Below are positions 1 through 9,200 of a stretch of 32,000 nt of DNA, piece after piece (the first letter of the stretch is position 1; each line of letters begins with the position of its first letter). A program made the position numbers and the translations under genes. Below the pieces are notes generated by a model. It was not told the DNA's origin. It did no database searches and worked only from the letters and a program-made list of their open reading frames with translations. The stretch lies in the NCBI GenBank assembly GCA_965224465.1, contig OZ245049.1, forward strand, positions 210,001 through 242,000, in the 5' to 3' direction. Origin of the DNA: Flavobacteriaceae bacterium. Its GTDB lineage: Bacteria > Bacteroidota > Bacteroidia > Flavobacteriales > Flavobacteriaceae.

Positions 1-1398
1 TGTTTTTTGAGTAGGAGTATTTTTTGCTGGTTTGGAGAATTCATTTTTAGCACCTGTTGTTATCAATTGAATTGCTCTCGCCAGCATAGGTTCTGAAAAA
101 TCACCAAGCATTCCTAAGTTTCCGTATTTTTCTGAAAATGGCACGTTTGGATCAAAGCCGTTTTTATTATTTTCCCCTAATTTATTTACCATTTCTAGCA
201 CGATAGGTTGCATGGCAAATGTATGATTAGGATTCGCTTTTTTTCGACTGTAATCAGGGGCGTCATATACTGTTACCGAGCCTACATATTTCCCGTAAGT
301 AGTTTCTCCGATTAATTTTACATCAATATAAGGATTCAGTCCGTTGATGATAAGTTCGCTAGCAGAAGCGGATCTGCTTGACGTTAAAATATAAATAGAA
401 GAAAGGTTTAAACTTTGTATAGGGGTGTTATCTCTCATTTTATTCACAAAATTATTTAGGATGTACTCTGGATGGTTGTTTTCGAAATAGTTCATCCATT
501 TTTTATTCCATCGTTCTTTTGCGAACAACTCACCTGTAAACTGACCTGTAATCATACTAGCAAGATAAGTGGCGCTTCTTACCGAGCCTCCTCCGTTGTA
601 TCTCAAATCCAGAACTAACGCATCAACACTTTCGGATTTAAAGTATTCAAAAACATTGTTTAGTTCATGATCATACTTACTTGTAAATCCGTTATACATA
701 AGATATCCTATTTTTTTACCGCCTATTTCTTGTACTGTTTTTACGTATATGGGGTTTTCTCCAATCAGTGTTTTTGTAACTGCTATGGAAGTTCCATTTA
801 GAACAGGAGCTCCATTGTTGTAGTCCGCAAAATTTAATGTTAGGTCTTCATTTTTTCCGAAAAGTAAGGAACCGTAATTTTTATCCGTAAGAGTAACACC
901 ATTTACTGCTGTAAAAATGCTACCACGTTTTATGTTTTTATCCGCAGCATCTGATCTCGGAATTACATAGCGTATATAGCCAAATATATTGCTAGAAGAT
1001 CCGATTCTTACCAGTCCTAATTTAATACCTGTTGTTTTGTTAATTCCCTGAAATGAGTTTTCTTGGGCAATATAATCTTCAATAAACCAAGAAAATCGAT
1101 CGGTAACACCTGCTTCCTTTTTTGTACCATGTTCAAATAATAAATCTTCAAAAAGTACGGCTGGATTTTTATAGGCATCAAGATACGTATTTAATTCGGC
1201 TTGCGTAGGAAAGCGATCATCTTGCAAATTCGTTACTTTTGGTTGCCATAAATAGTACAGATTGAGTCCTTTCCAAACAAAATTCTGAACTTCTAGATTT
1301 TTTGGGACGTCGCTTTTTTCATCATTATTACAGCTTGTGACCCCTATAAATAAAAGGAACGCAAGTAGTGTTACGAGTATATTTTTTTCGAATTTCAT
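1..1398 (-). CDS. S41-family (C-terminal processing / tail-specific) peptidase, lipoprotein; 3' end runs off the window
   Basis: Minus-strand frame is open from ATG at 1398 to base 1 (466 codons, no stop). It is absent from the ORF track because it is truncated. My translation starts MKFEKNILVTLLAFLLFIGVTSC (lipobox-like). It contains LDLRYNGGGSV, TSSRSASASELIINGL and GETTYGK, which fit S41 Ser/Lys protease motifs. Confidence 0.8.
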   Translation of the reverse strand, partial: MKFEKNILVTLLAFLLFIGVTSCNNDEKSDVPKNLEVQNFVWKGLNLYYLWQPKVTNLQDDRFPTQAELNTYLDAYKNPAVLFEDLLFEHGTKKEAGVTDRFSWFIEDYIAQENSFQGINKTTGIKLGLVRIGSSSNIFGYIRYVIPRSDAADKNIKRGSIFTAVNGVTLTDKNYGSLLFGKNEDLTLNFADYNNGAPVLNGTSIAVTKTLIGENPIYVKTVQEIGGKKIGYLMYNGFTSKYDHELNNVFEYFKSESVDALVLDLRYNGGGSVRSATYLASMITGQFTGELFAKERWNKKWMNYFENNHPEYILNNFVNKMRDNTPIQSLNLSSIYILTSSRSASASELIINGLNPYIDVKLIGETTYGKYVGSVTVYDAPDYSRKKANPNHTFAMQPIVLEMVNKLGENNKNGFDPNVPFSEKYGNLGMLGDFSEPMLARAIQLITTGAKNEFSKPAKNTPTQKT

Positions 1399-1535
1399 AT
1401 GGGTTATGTATATATTTATTATTTTTGGTCACTGTAAAATTAAGTTTTTTTTATGTACCCTTGTTACAAAAACGAAATAGAGTCGTCATAATTGTAACAA
1501 AGCAAAAACAGTTCGCTTTTAATCAAACTTTAATA

Positions 1536-2045
1536 ATGAATCAATCGGAGTTTTTACATCAAGTAATGCCCTTTAAAGATAAAGTCTTTCGACTTGCAAA
1601 ACGTCTCTTGGTGAGTACCGAAGAAGCCGAAGATGCAACGCAAGAGTTGTTTTTTAAGTTGTGGAAGAATAAAGGAAAGCTTACGAAGTACAAAAGTGTA
1701 GAAGCTTTTGCAATGACCATGACTAAGAATTACTGTTTTGATCGATTGAAATCAAAGCAAGCGTCAAATTTAACCTTGATTCATAGTAATTATAAAGAGA
1801 CTGGCACCTCTTTGCAGAAGTTGATAGAACTTAAGGACAGTGTGAGTTTGGTACATCGTTTTATAGATGATTTACCAGATCAGCAAAAAATAATAATACA
1901 GTTGAGAGATGTAGAGGAATATGAATTTGAAGAAATTGGCAAGATGCTTGCAATGAAACCTACAGCAGTAAGAGTATCATTGTCTAGAGCTAGGAAAACG
2001 ATTAAAGAACAATTAATAAAACAGCACACGTATGGAATTAGTTAA
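1536..2045 (+). CDS. ECF-type sigma-70 family RNA polymerase sigma factor
   Basis: Track ORF 1368..2045 starts at GTG; the internal ATG at 1536 (MNQSEFLHQV...) gives a typical 169-aa ECF sigma. Region-2-like AEDATQELFFKLWKN and region-4 HTH QQKIIIQLRDVEEYEFEEIGKMLAMKPTAVRVSLSRARKTIKE are present. Confidence 0.88.
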   Translation: MNQSEFLHQVMPFKDKVFRLAKRLLVSTEEAEDATQELFFKLWKNKGKLTKYKSVEAFAMTMTKNYCFDRLKSKQASNLTLIHSNYKETGTSLQKLIELKDSVSLVHRFIDDLPDQQKIIIQLRDVEEYEFEEIGKMLAMKPTAVRVSLSRARKTIKEQLIKQHTYGIS

Positions 2046-2457
2046 CATAGAAAAGTTGTTAGAAAAATATTTGAATGCAGCAACAACATTGGCTGAAGAA
2101 AAAGTGTTACAAACATATTTTACAGGCAATAATATAGCCGCACATTTAATAGAGTATCAGGCGTTATTCACCTTTTTTGCAGCCGAAAAAAACGAGCAGT
2201 ATACTAAAACCATCCGTTTAAACAGAAATCAACAGAAATGGAAATGGGTATCAGTTGCAGCGGCCGTTGTTATAATGGTAGGAGTGTATAGTGGATATCA
2301 TCAAAATGAACAGCGTAAAGAAAATGAAAAGTTATATGCGGAAACGCGAGTCGCATTAAAAATGTTGGCGACAAATTTAAATAAAGGAACCGTTGCAATC
2401 GGACATTTAGAGAAATTTGAAAATGCAAAAAATAGAATATTTAAAAAATCAAAATAG
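2032..2457 (+). CDS. Putative anti-sigma factor / single-pass membrane protein
   Basis: ATG at 2032 overlaps the sigma gene stop by 14 nt, suggesting translational coupling. There is one hydrophobic helix (WVSVAAAVVIMVGVYSGY). No recognisable catalytic motif; the call rests on position. Confidence 0.5.
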   Translation: MELVNIEKLLEKYLNAATTLAEEKVLQTYFTGNNIAAHLIEYQALFTFFAAEKNEQYTKTIRLNRNQQKWKWVSVAAAVVIMVGVYSGYHQNEQRKENEKLYAETRVALKMLATNLNKGTVAIGHLEKFENAKNRIFKKSK

Positions 2458-2464
2458 AAAAGTG

Positions 2465-3004
2465 ATGAAAAAAGTATTAATTATAATAGCAATAACCCTT
2501 GTGTCATATACAAATTATGCGCAAACCTCTGTCTTTGATAAATTTGAAGACATGGAAGAAGTAGCCACTATAGTGGTTAGTAAAAGTGCCTTTAGGATGT
2601 TAGGTAAATTTAGTGCTGATAGTGATGAAGTAAAAATGTTGGCGAATTTGGAGTCTTTAAAAGTATTTACAACAGAGGACCCCATAGTTATAAAAAAAAT
2701 GAAGGCTACCATTAAAGCCTATTTAAAAAGCTCTAAATTAACGGAGCTAATGCGCGTTAAAGATAAAGGGTCAAATATTAAAATATACGTAAGAGAAGGA
2801 AAAGACGAGGATCACGTAAAAGAATTATTAATGTTTGTGAATGGAATCTCTAAGGTTGCCGGAGATAAAAATATAAATATCAACGGTATGATGCCAGAAG
2901 CCGTAATTTTATCATTGACAGGAAATATTGATCTCAATAAAATTTCTAGTCTGATAGAACCACATATTTCTGGTTCTGAGGGGCAATTAAAAAAGAAACA
3001 ATAA
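2465..3004 (+). CDS. DUF4252-like secreted protein
   Basis: Track ORF starts at TTG 2417, inside the upstream gene. ATG at 2465 gives the signal peptide MKKVLIIIAITLVSYTNYAQ. The FDKFEDMEEVATIVVSKSAFRML start and the position after ECF sigma/anti-sigma are typical of Bacteroidota DUF4252 proteins (from memory). Confidence 0.6.
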   Translation: MKKVLIIIAITLVSYTNYAQTSVFDKFEDMEEVATIVVSKSAFRMLGKFSADSDEVKMLANLESLKVFTTEDPIVIKKMKATIKAYLKSSKLTELMRVKDKGSNIKIYVREGKDEDHVKELLMFVNGISKVAGDKNININGMMPEAVILSLTGNIDLNKISSLIEPHISGSEGQLKKKQ

Positions 3005-3005
3005 T

Positions 3006-3554
3006 ATGAAAAGTACGTACACCATTTATGGATTGTTTTTAATTGCAATTCTCAGTCTTTTTTCTTGTAATAATCAAGTGTCATTACAGCGTTTTTATAT
3101 TGATAGTAAAGAGAATGATCATTATCTATCATTAGATATTCCGAGTAGTATCATCCAATTGAAAGAAAATGAAGCTACAGATGAAATTAAAGATATTGTA
3201 AAAACAATTCGTAAGATTAATTTTTTGGGATTCCAGTTGACCGAAGAAACTAAAGCCGAATTCTTAATAGAAAAAGCAAAAGTTAAAGGAATTTTGAAAC
3301 AAACGACTTATCAAGAATTAGTGCGATTGAATAGCGGAAAGACAGAGGTAATGGTTAAGTTTTTAGGAGCTGAGGATGCTATAGATGAAGTTGTGATATA
3401 CGGATCTGATAAAGAAAAAGGATTTGTAGTGATGCGTATTTTGGGGGATAAAATGAATCCAGCTCAAATATTTAAAATGTTAAAAAATGTAAAAATTGAT
3501 AATAATAACGAAGGCTTTAAACAGCTTAAAGGTATTTTAAAATCAATACATTAA
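3006..3554 (+). CDS. DUF4252-like lipoprotein (second paralog-like gene of the module)
   Basis: ATG lies 1 nt after the upstream stop. Lipoprotein signal LFLIAILSLFSC. Similar size and layout to the previous gene; weak family assignment. Confidence 0.5.
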   Translation: MKSTYTIYGLFLIAILSLFSCNNQVSLQRFYIDSKENDHYLSLDIPSSIIQLKENEATDEIKDIVKTIRKINFLGFQLTEETKAEFLIEKAKVKGILKQTTYQELVRLNSGKTEVMVKFLGAEDAIDEVVIYGSDKEKGFVVMRILGDKMNPAQIFKMLKNVKIDNNNEGFKQLKGILKSIH

Positions 3555-3621
3555 TTATTAAAAAGTTAGTTCATAGTTGTACACTTATATGTAATTGCTA
3601 TAAGTAGCGCTATAAATTTAA

Positions 3622-3653
3622 AGCCACATACCTTAATAGATATGTGGCTTTTT
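3622..3653 (+). terminator. Rho-independent terminator after the sigma/DUF4252 operon
   Basis: AGCCACATA (3622-3630) pairs with TATGTGGCT (3641-3649) and is followed by a T run. The ATG at 3642 of the track ORF lies inside this hairpin. Confidence 0.7.
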
Positions 3654-3688
3654 AACGTCCTATTAACGAGGATCTGCAATAAAAATTA

Positions 3689-3696
3689 TATTTTTG
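3689..3696 (+). promoter_or_regulatory. Candidate Bacteroidota -7 promoter box (TAnnTTTG)
   Basis: TATTTTTG lies 21 nt upstream of the ATG at 3717. Confidence 0.35.
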
Positions 3697-3716
3697 AAAA
3701 AAAATCACACTTTACC

Positions 3717-6155
3717 ATGGTAAAAAAAATAGGCATGATATTCCTGTTGTTTTCTGCTTGTATAATGCAAGGACAAGAGAAGGATTCATATAGAGGAACA
3801 AAAGAAACACTAACTAATCTTGAGCATACCAAGTTGGAAGTTAGTTTTAATTTTGAAAATAGTACCATGAATGGGGAAGCATGGATTACAGCTTCGCCTC
3901 ATTTTTATCCTTCTGATAAAATAGTTTTAGACGCAAAATCATTTATCGTTCATAAGGTTAAAGTAAATAATGTGGTAAGGGAGTTTACAAATACTGATAA
4001 ACAGTTAATTATAAATCTAGGAAGAATGTTTTCTAAAGGTGAAAGTTATGTGGTTTATGTGAAGTATACAGCTCAGCCAGAAAAGGTAAAACAACAAGGA
4101 AGCGCAGCTATAAAAAGTGCCAAAGGATTGTATTTTATTGACCCAAAAGAAGAAGATCCTGGAAAACCAACTCAGATTTGGACCCAAGGAGAAACAGAAT
4201 CTAATAGTTGTTGGTTTCCTACAATCGATGCGCCAAATCAGAAAACAAGCGAGGAAATTTATATGACCGTGCCTTCTAAATATATGACGTTGTCCAATGG
4301 AACATTAATTAGTAAAAAAGAAAATGCAGATGGCACACGTACCGATTATTGGAAAATGGATCAAAAACACGCGCCGTATCTGTTTTTTATGGGAGTAGGA
4401 GAATTTAGTGAAATAAAAGATACCTGGCATGGAAAAGAAGTCAACTATTATGTAGAAAAGGAATATGAAGATGTCGCAAGAGATATTTTTGGAAAAACGC
4501 CCCAAATGCTTGATTTTTATTCAAAAATTACAGGAATCCCATATCCATGGGATAAATACAGTCAAATAGTAATGCGTGATTATGTAAGTGGGGCAATGGA
4601 AAATACCACTGCGGTGATTCATGCAGAAGATGCTCAGCAGAAAAAAGGACAATTGGTGGATAAAAACGAATGGGAAAATACAATTGCCCACGAATTGTTT
4701 CATCACTGGTTTGGTGATTTGGTGACTGCTGAAAGTTGGTCAAACCTAACGGTGAATGAATCTTTTGCTACCTATGGTGAGTATCTATGGTTAGAACATG
4801 CTTATGGAAAAGAAAAGGCAGACGAACATTTGTATGAAACCATGCAAACATACCTGTCTAGTGGGAAAGATAATTTGAACCTGGTGCGTTTTAAGTATCC
4901 ACATAGAGAGAAAATGTTTGACCCAGTTAGTTATCATAAAGGGAGTATTATATTACATATGCTACGTCGTTATGTGGGAGATGATGCGTTTTTTGCCAGT
5001 TTAAATGTATACCTAACGGATAATAAATACGGCTCTGCTGAAGCTCATCAATTGCGTTTGGCTTTTGAAAAAGTAACAGGAAAAGACTTGAACTGGTTTT
5101 TTAATCAATGGTATTTTGGAAATGGTCATATTAAGTTGAAAGTAAATTATGACTATAATACATTAAACAATACAGTGACCATAACGTTGAAACAAGAAGA
5201 AGGTATCTTTAAATTCCCACTGGTAATAGATGTGTACACAAGTCGCGGTAAAGAACGTCATAATGTGTGGATAGAGGATAAAGAGCATTCTTTTACGTAC
5301 CCTTACAATGAGTTGCCTAAATTGATTCAAGTTGGAGCAACACACGATTTATTAGCAGAAATTAAAAGTAAAAAGAGTTTAGATAATTACTTGTTTCAGT
5401 ATAGTCATGCTGAGAATTTTGTTGATAAATTAGAGGCTATTACATATTTAGCGGCCAAACAAGATCAGAAAGTAGTGTTTAATGCAATAGTAAAAGCGTT
5501 AAATGATCCCAATACGAGTATTCAGATTCTCGCATTGAATAAAATAGATTTGTTTAATAAGCACAATAAAAAGAAAGCCATTAAGAAAATCGAACTTTTA
5601 GCAGCAACGTCTAAAAATAATTTAGTAAAAGCTGCTGCAATTCAAGTGTTAGGTAAACTTATCAACCCAATATATGCGCCTATTTTTAAAAGAGGGATTG
5701 ATGGAATTTCTTTTGCTGTTGCCGGTAAATCTTTGGTGGCACTATATCGTATTGATAAGGATACTGCTTTGGAAAAAGTGGCAGCACTAAGTGAAAAGCA
5801 GCAAAACGAATTGGCAGAGCCGCTGACCAATATGTATATTATGGCACAAGACAAATCTAAATTGCCTTTTATTGCTAAACATGTACTGGAAGGAATGTTT
5901 TTAAATCAAGATCCTACTGTTCAAGCCAAATACGGAGAGGCTTTTATGTGGATTGCAGAAAGTGATAACAGTGAAGCTATTCAAATTGTTGTAGATAAAT
6001 TTGTAGAATTAGGGAGTAAATACAAGCAATTTAATTTTGATAAATTGGCGATTAATATGTTAAATAGAATGGTTCAAATTCAGCAAAAAAGTGATAATTC
6101 TAATAAGTTGAAACTTGTGAAAACTATTAAATTAGCCTTAGCTAGGTTGCTTTAA
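3717..6155 (+). CDS. M1-family zinc aminopeptidase (aminopeptidase N-like) with HEAT-like C-terminal region
   Basis: GAMEN exopeptidase motif (SGAMENTT) and HELFHHWFGD followed 18 residues later by NESFATYGE (HExxH-x18-E). Start moved to ATG 3717 (MVKKIGMIFLLFSACIMQGQ signal) because 3642 lies in the upstream terminator. Confidence 0.93.
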   Translation: MVKKIGMIFLLFSACIMQGQEKDSYRGTKETLTNLEHTKLEVSFNFENSTMNGEAWITASPHFYPSDKIVLDAKSFIVHKVKVNNVVREFTNTDKQLIINLGRMFSKGESYVVYVKYTAQPEKVKQQGSAAIKSAKGLYFIDPKEEDPGKPTQIWTQGETESNSCWFPTIDAPNQKTSEEIYMTVPSKYMTLSNGTLISKKENADGTRTDYWKMDQKHAPYLFFMGVGEFSEIKDTWHGKEVNYYVEKEYEDVARDIFGKTPQMLDFYSKITGIPYPWDKYSQIVMRDYVSGAMENTTAVIHAEDAQQKKGQLVDKNEWENTIAHELFHHWFGDLVTAESWSNLTVNESFATYGEYLWLEHAYGKEKADEHLYETMQTYLSSGKDNLNLVRFKYPHREKMFDPVSYHKGSIILHMLRRYVGDDAFFASLNVYLTDNKYGSAEAHQLRLAFEKVTGKDLNWFFNQWYFGNGHIKLKVNYDYNTLNNTVTITLKQEEGIFKFPLVIDVYTSRGKERHNVWIEDKEHSFTYPYNELPKLIQVGATHDLLAEIKSKKSLDNYLFQYSHAENFVDKLEAITYLAAKQDQKVVFNAIVKALNDPNTSIQILALNKIDLFNKHNKKKAIKKIELLAATSKNNLVKAAAIQVLGKLINPIYAPIFKRGIDGISFAVAGKSLVALYRIDKDTALEKVAALSEKQQNELAEPLTNMYIMAQDKSKLPFIAKHVLEGMFLNQDPTVQAKYGEAFMWIAESDNSEAIQIVVDKFVELGSKYKQFNFDKLAINMLNRMVQIQQKSDNSNKLKLVKTIKLALARLL

Positions 6156-6173
6156 GTAGCAGTTAAATAATTT

Positions 6174-6202
6174 AAAAAGGCTTCCGAATGGAGGCCTTTT
6201 TT
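6174..6202. terminator. Bidirectional terminator hairpin between convergent genes
   Basis: AAGGCTTCC (6177-6185) pairs with GGAGGCCTT (6190-6198), with one G-U pair. An A run lies upstream and a T run downstream. Confidence 0.65.
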
Positions 6203-6235
6203 ATGGAGAAATAAACAGCTTTTCAGTTGATTTTT

Positions 6236-6270
6236 TTACATCGGTTATTTTGGATTGTAATTGATATTAA
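6236..6270 (+). repeat. MITE-like intergenic repeat, right-end stub (copy G)
   Basis: ACATCGGTTATTTTGGATTGTAATTGATATT matches the right end of the copies at 20461-20495 and 25391-25418. It abuts and overlaps the adhesin stop codon (6267-6269). Confidence 0.55.
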
Positions 6271-9200
6271 TAGTCTACATATATCCATCCTACCTTTTGT
6301 GCTTTTTTTTCTAGATAAAAAGTTAAAATATAAAAATAGACTCCTCTTAGAACTCGTTTTTTTGATTTTATATTACTGTAACCATCCCAGTGATTATTCA
6401 TGTTTATCTGTTTGTAAACTATTTTTCCAGTTCTTGAAAATATACGGAGACTGTTTTTTGTGTATTCATGAATTCCGTTAACAATCCAATAATCATTTAC
6501 TCCATCATTATTTGGAGTGATGTAATTGTTAAGGGGTGCTGCTGGTGTATTTGTCACAATTATTTCTTGTGTTTGAGAACTGCTATTGCCGTGTGAATCT
6601 ATATAATTCCATTCAATTGCGTAGCTGTTTACTTTTGAAAACACGGATGGATGTGAACTGATGCCTATTATATTTCCGTTACAATTGTCCGTAGCTGTTG
6701 GAATGGGGATGGATGTGTTTATGGGAATAGTTAGGATGTCTAGAAATAGTTCATCAGGAACAGGAGGAATGGTATCAATGAGATTGATTTCTTGGATTTG
6801 TAATTTTTTATTTCCGTTGTCATCCTCAAAAGTCCACACAATATTGGTTGTGCCTTGTGTGTTTATAGGGAGTACGGCATTGTGCGTTCCTGTGATTATT
6901 CCCGAACAGGTATCGGTAGCAGTGGGCGCAGTTAAATTAGAAATACTACAAGTTGCTGTAATGCTAGGGAGTTGTGGCATGTCAGGAACAGGAGCAATGG
7001 TATCAATAAGATTGATTTCTTGGATTTGTAATTTTTTATTTCCGTTGTCATCTTCAAAAGTCCACATTATATTGGTTGTGCCTTGTGTGTTTATTGGGAG
7101 TACGGTATTGTGCGTTCCGGTAATTATTCCCGAACAGGCATCGGTAGCAGTGGGCGCAGTTAAATTAGAAATACTGCAAGCTGCTGTAATGCTAGGGAGT
7201 TGTGGCATATCAGGAACAGGAGCAATGGTATCAATGAGATTGATTTCTTGGATTTGTAATTTTTTATTTCCGTTGTCATCCTCAAAAGTCCACACAATAT
7301 TGGTTGTGCCTTGTGTGTTTATAGGGAGTACGGCATTGTGCGTTCCGGTAATTATTCCCGAACAGGCATCGGTGGCAGTGGGCGCTGTTAAATTAGAAAT
7401 ACTACAAGTTGCTGTAATGCTAGGGAGTTGTGGCATATCAGGAATAGGAGCAATGGTATCAATGAGATTGATTTCTTGGATTTGTAATTTTTTATTTCCG
7501 TTGTTATCCTCAAAAGTCCAAATAATATAGGTTGTGCCTTGTGTGTTTATAGGGAGTACGGCATTGTGCGTTCCGGTAATTATTCCCGAACAGGCATCGG
7601 TGGCAGTGGGCGCTGTTAAATTAGAAATACTACAAGTTGCTGTAATGCTAGGGAGTTGTGGCATGTCAGGAACAGGAGGAATGGTATCAATGAGATTGAT
7701 TTCTTGGATTTGTAATTTTTTATTTCCGTTGTCATCTTCAAAAGTCCACACTATATTGGTTGTACCTTGTGTGTTTATAGGGAGTACGGCATTGTGCGTT
7801 CCGGTAATTATTCCCGAACAGGCATCGGTAGCAGTGGGCGCAGTTAAATTAGAAATACTACAAGTTGCTGTAATGCTAGGGAGTTGTGGCATGTCAGGAA
7901 CAGGAGGAATGGTATCAGCTAGATTGATTTCTTGGATTTGTAATTTTTTATTTCCGTTGTCATCCTCAAAAGTCCAAATAATATTGGTTGTGCCTTGTGT
8001 GTTTATTGGGAGTACGGCATTGTGCGTTCCGGTAATTATTCCCGAACAGGCATCGGTAGCAGTGGGCGCTGTTAAATTAGAAATACTGCAAGTTGCTGTA
8101 ATGCTAGGGAGTTGTGGCATGTCAGGAACAGGAGGAATGGTATCAATGAGATTGATTTCTTGGATTTGTAATTTTTTATTTCCGTTGTCATCTTCAAAAG
8201 TCCACACAATATTGGTTGTGCCTTGTGTGTTTATAGGGAGTACGGCATTGTGCGTTCCGATGATTATTCCCGAACAGGCATCGGTAGCAGTGGGCGCAGT
8301 TAAATTAGAAATACTACAAGTTGCTGAAATGCTAGGGAGTTGTGGCATATCAGGAACAGGAGCAATGGTATCAATGAGATTGATTTCTTGGATTTGTAAT
8401 TTTTTATTTCCGTTGTCATCCTCAAAAGTCCACACAATATTGGTTGTGCCTTGTGTGTTTATAGGGAGTACGTCATTGTACGTTCCTATAATTATTCCCG
8501 AACAGGCATCGGTAGCAGTGGGCGCAGTTAAATTAGAAATACTACAAGTTGCTGTAATGCTAGGGAGTTGTGGCATGTGAGGAACAGGAGGAATGGTATC
8601 AATGAGATTGATTTCTTGGATTTGTAATTTTTTATTTCCGTTGTCATCCTCAAAAGTCCACACTATATTGGTTGTGCCTTGTGTGTTTATAGGGAGTACG
8701 GCATTGTGCGTTCCTGTGATTATTCCCGAACAGGTATCGGTAGCAGTGGGCGCAGTTAAATTAGAAATACTGCAAGTTGCTGAAATGTTAGGGAGTTGTG
8801 GCATGTCAGGAACAGGAGCAATGGTATCAATAAGATTGATTTCTTGGATTTGTAATTTTTTATTTCCGTTGTCATCTTCAAAAGTCCAGATAATATTGGT
8901 TGTGCCTTGTGTGTTTATAGGGAGTACGACATTGTGCGTTCCTATAATTATTCCCGAACAGGCATCGGTAGCAGTGGGCGCAGTTAAATTAGAAATACTG
9001 CAAGCTGCTGTAATGCTAGGGAGTTGTGGCATATCAGGAACAGGAGCAATGGTATCGTTGACACGAAGTTCTTGGGTTTGTTGATAGGAAAAACCAGCTT
9101 CTAAGATATAAGTCCATGTAATAAAATGAGTTCCTTGAGAAGTTATAGGTAGTTGTGCATTGTGTTTTAGAGTGTATTTTCCACAATTATTACTAGCAGT

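Noticed and set aside
1368-1535. Upstream extensions of several track ORFs (1368 GTG, 2417 TTG, 3642 ATG, 10988 TTG, 11673 TTG, 18148 TTG)
   Set aside because: Each extension starts at a non-ATG codon, lies inside an upstream gene or terminator hairpin, or precedes a much better ATG that yields a canonical signal peptide or domain N-terminus. Shorter starts were chosen.
6777-9056. Possible CRISPR array because of the regular repeat spacing
   Set aside because: The units are contiguous 228-bp copies with no unique spacers. They are in frame within a continuous 1573-codon ORF and encode a folded-domain-like 76-aa unit.
6661-9084. Three long plus-strand ORFs (289, 348 and 163 aa) with repetitive translations
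   Set aside because: They are antisense read-throughs of the 228-bp tandem repeats of the minus-strand adhesin gene. Their periodicity mirrors the repeat. They are broken by stops exactly where units differ, and they have no independent start context or motifs.
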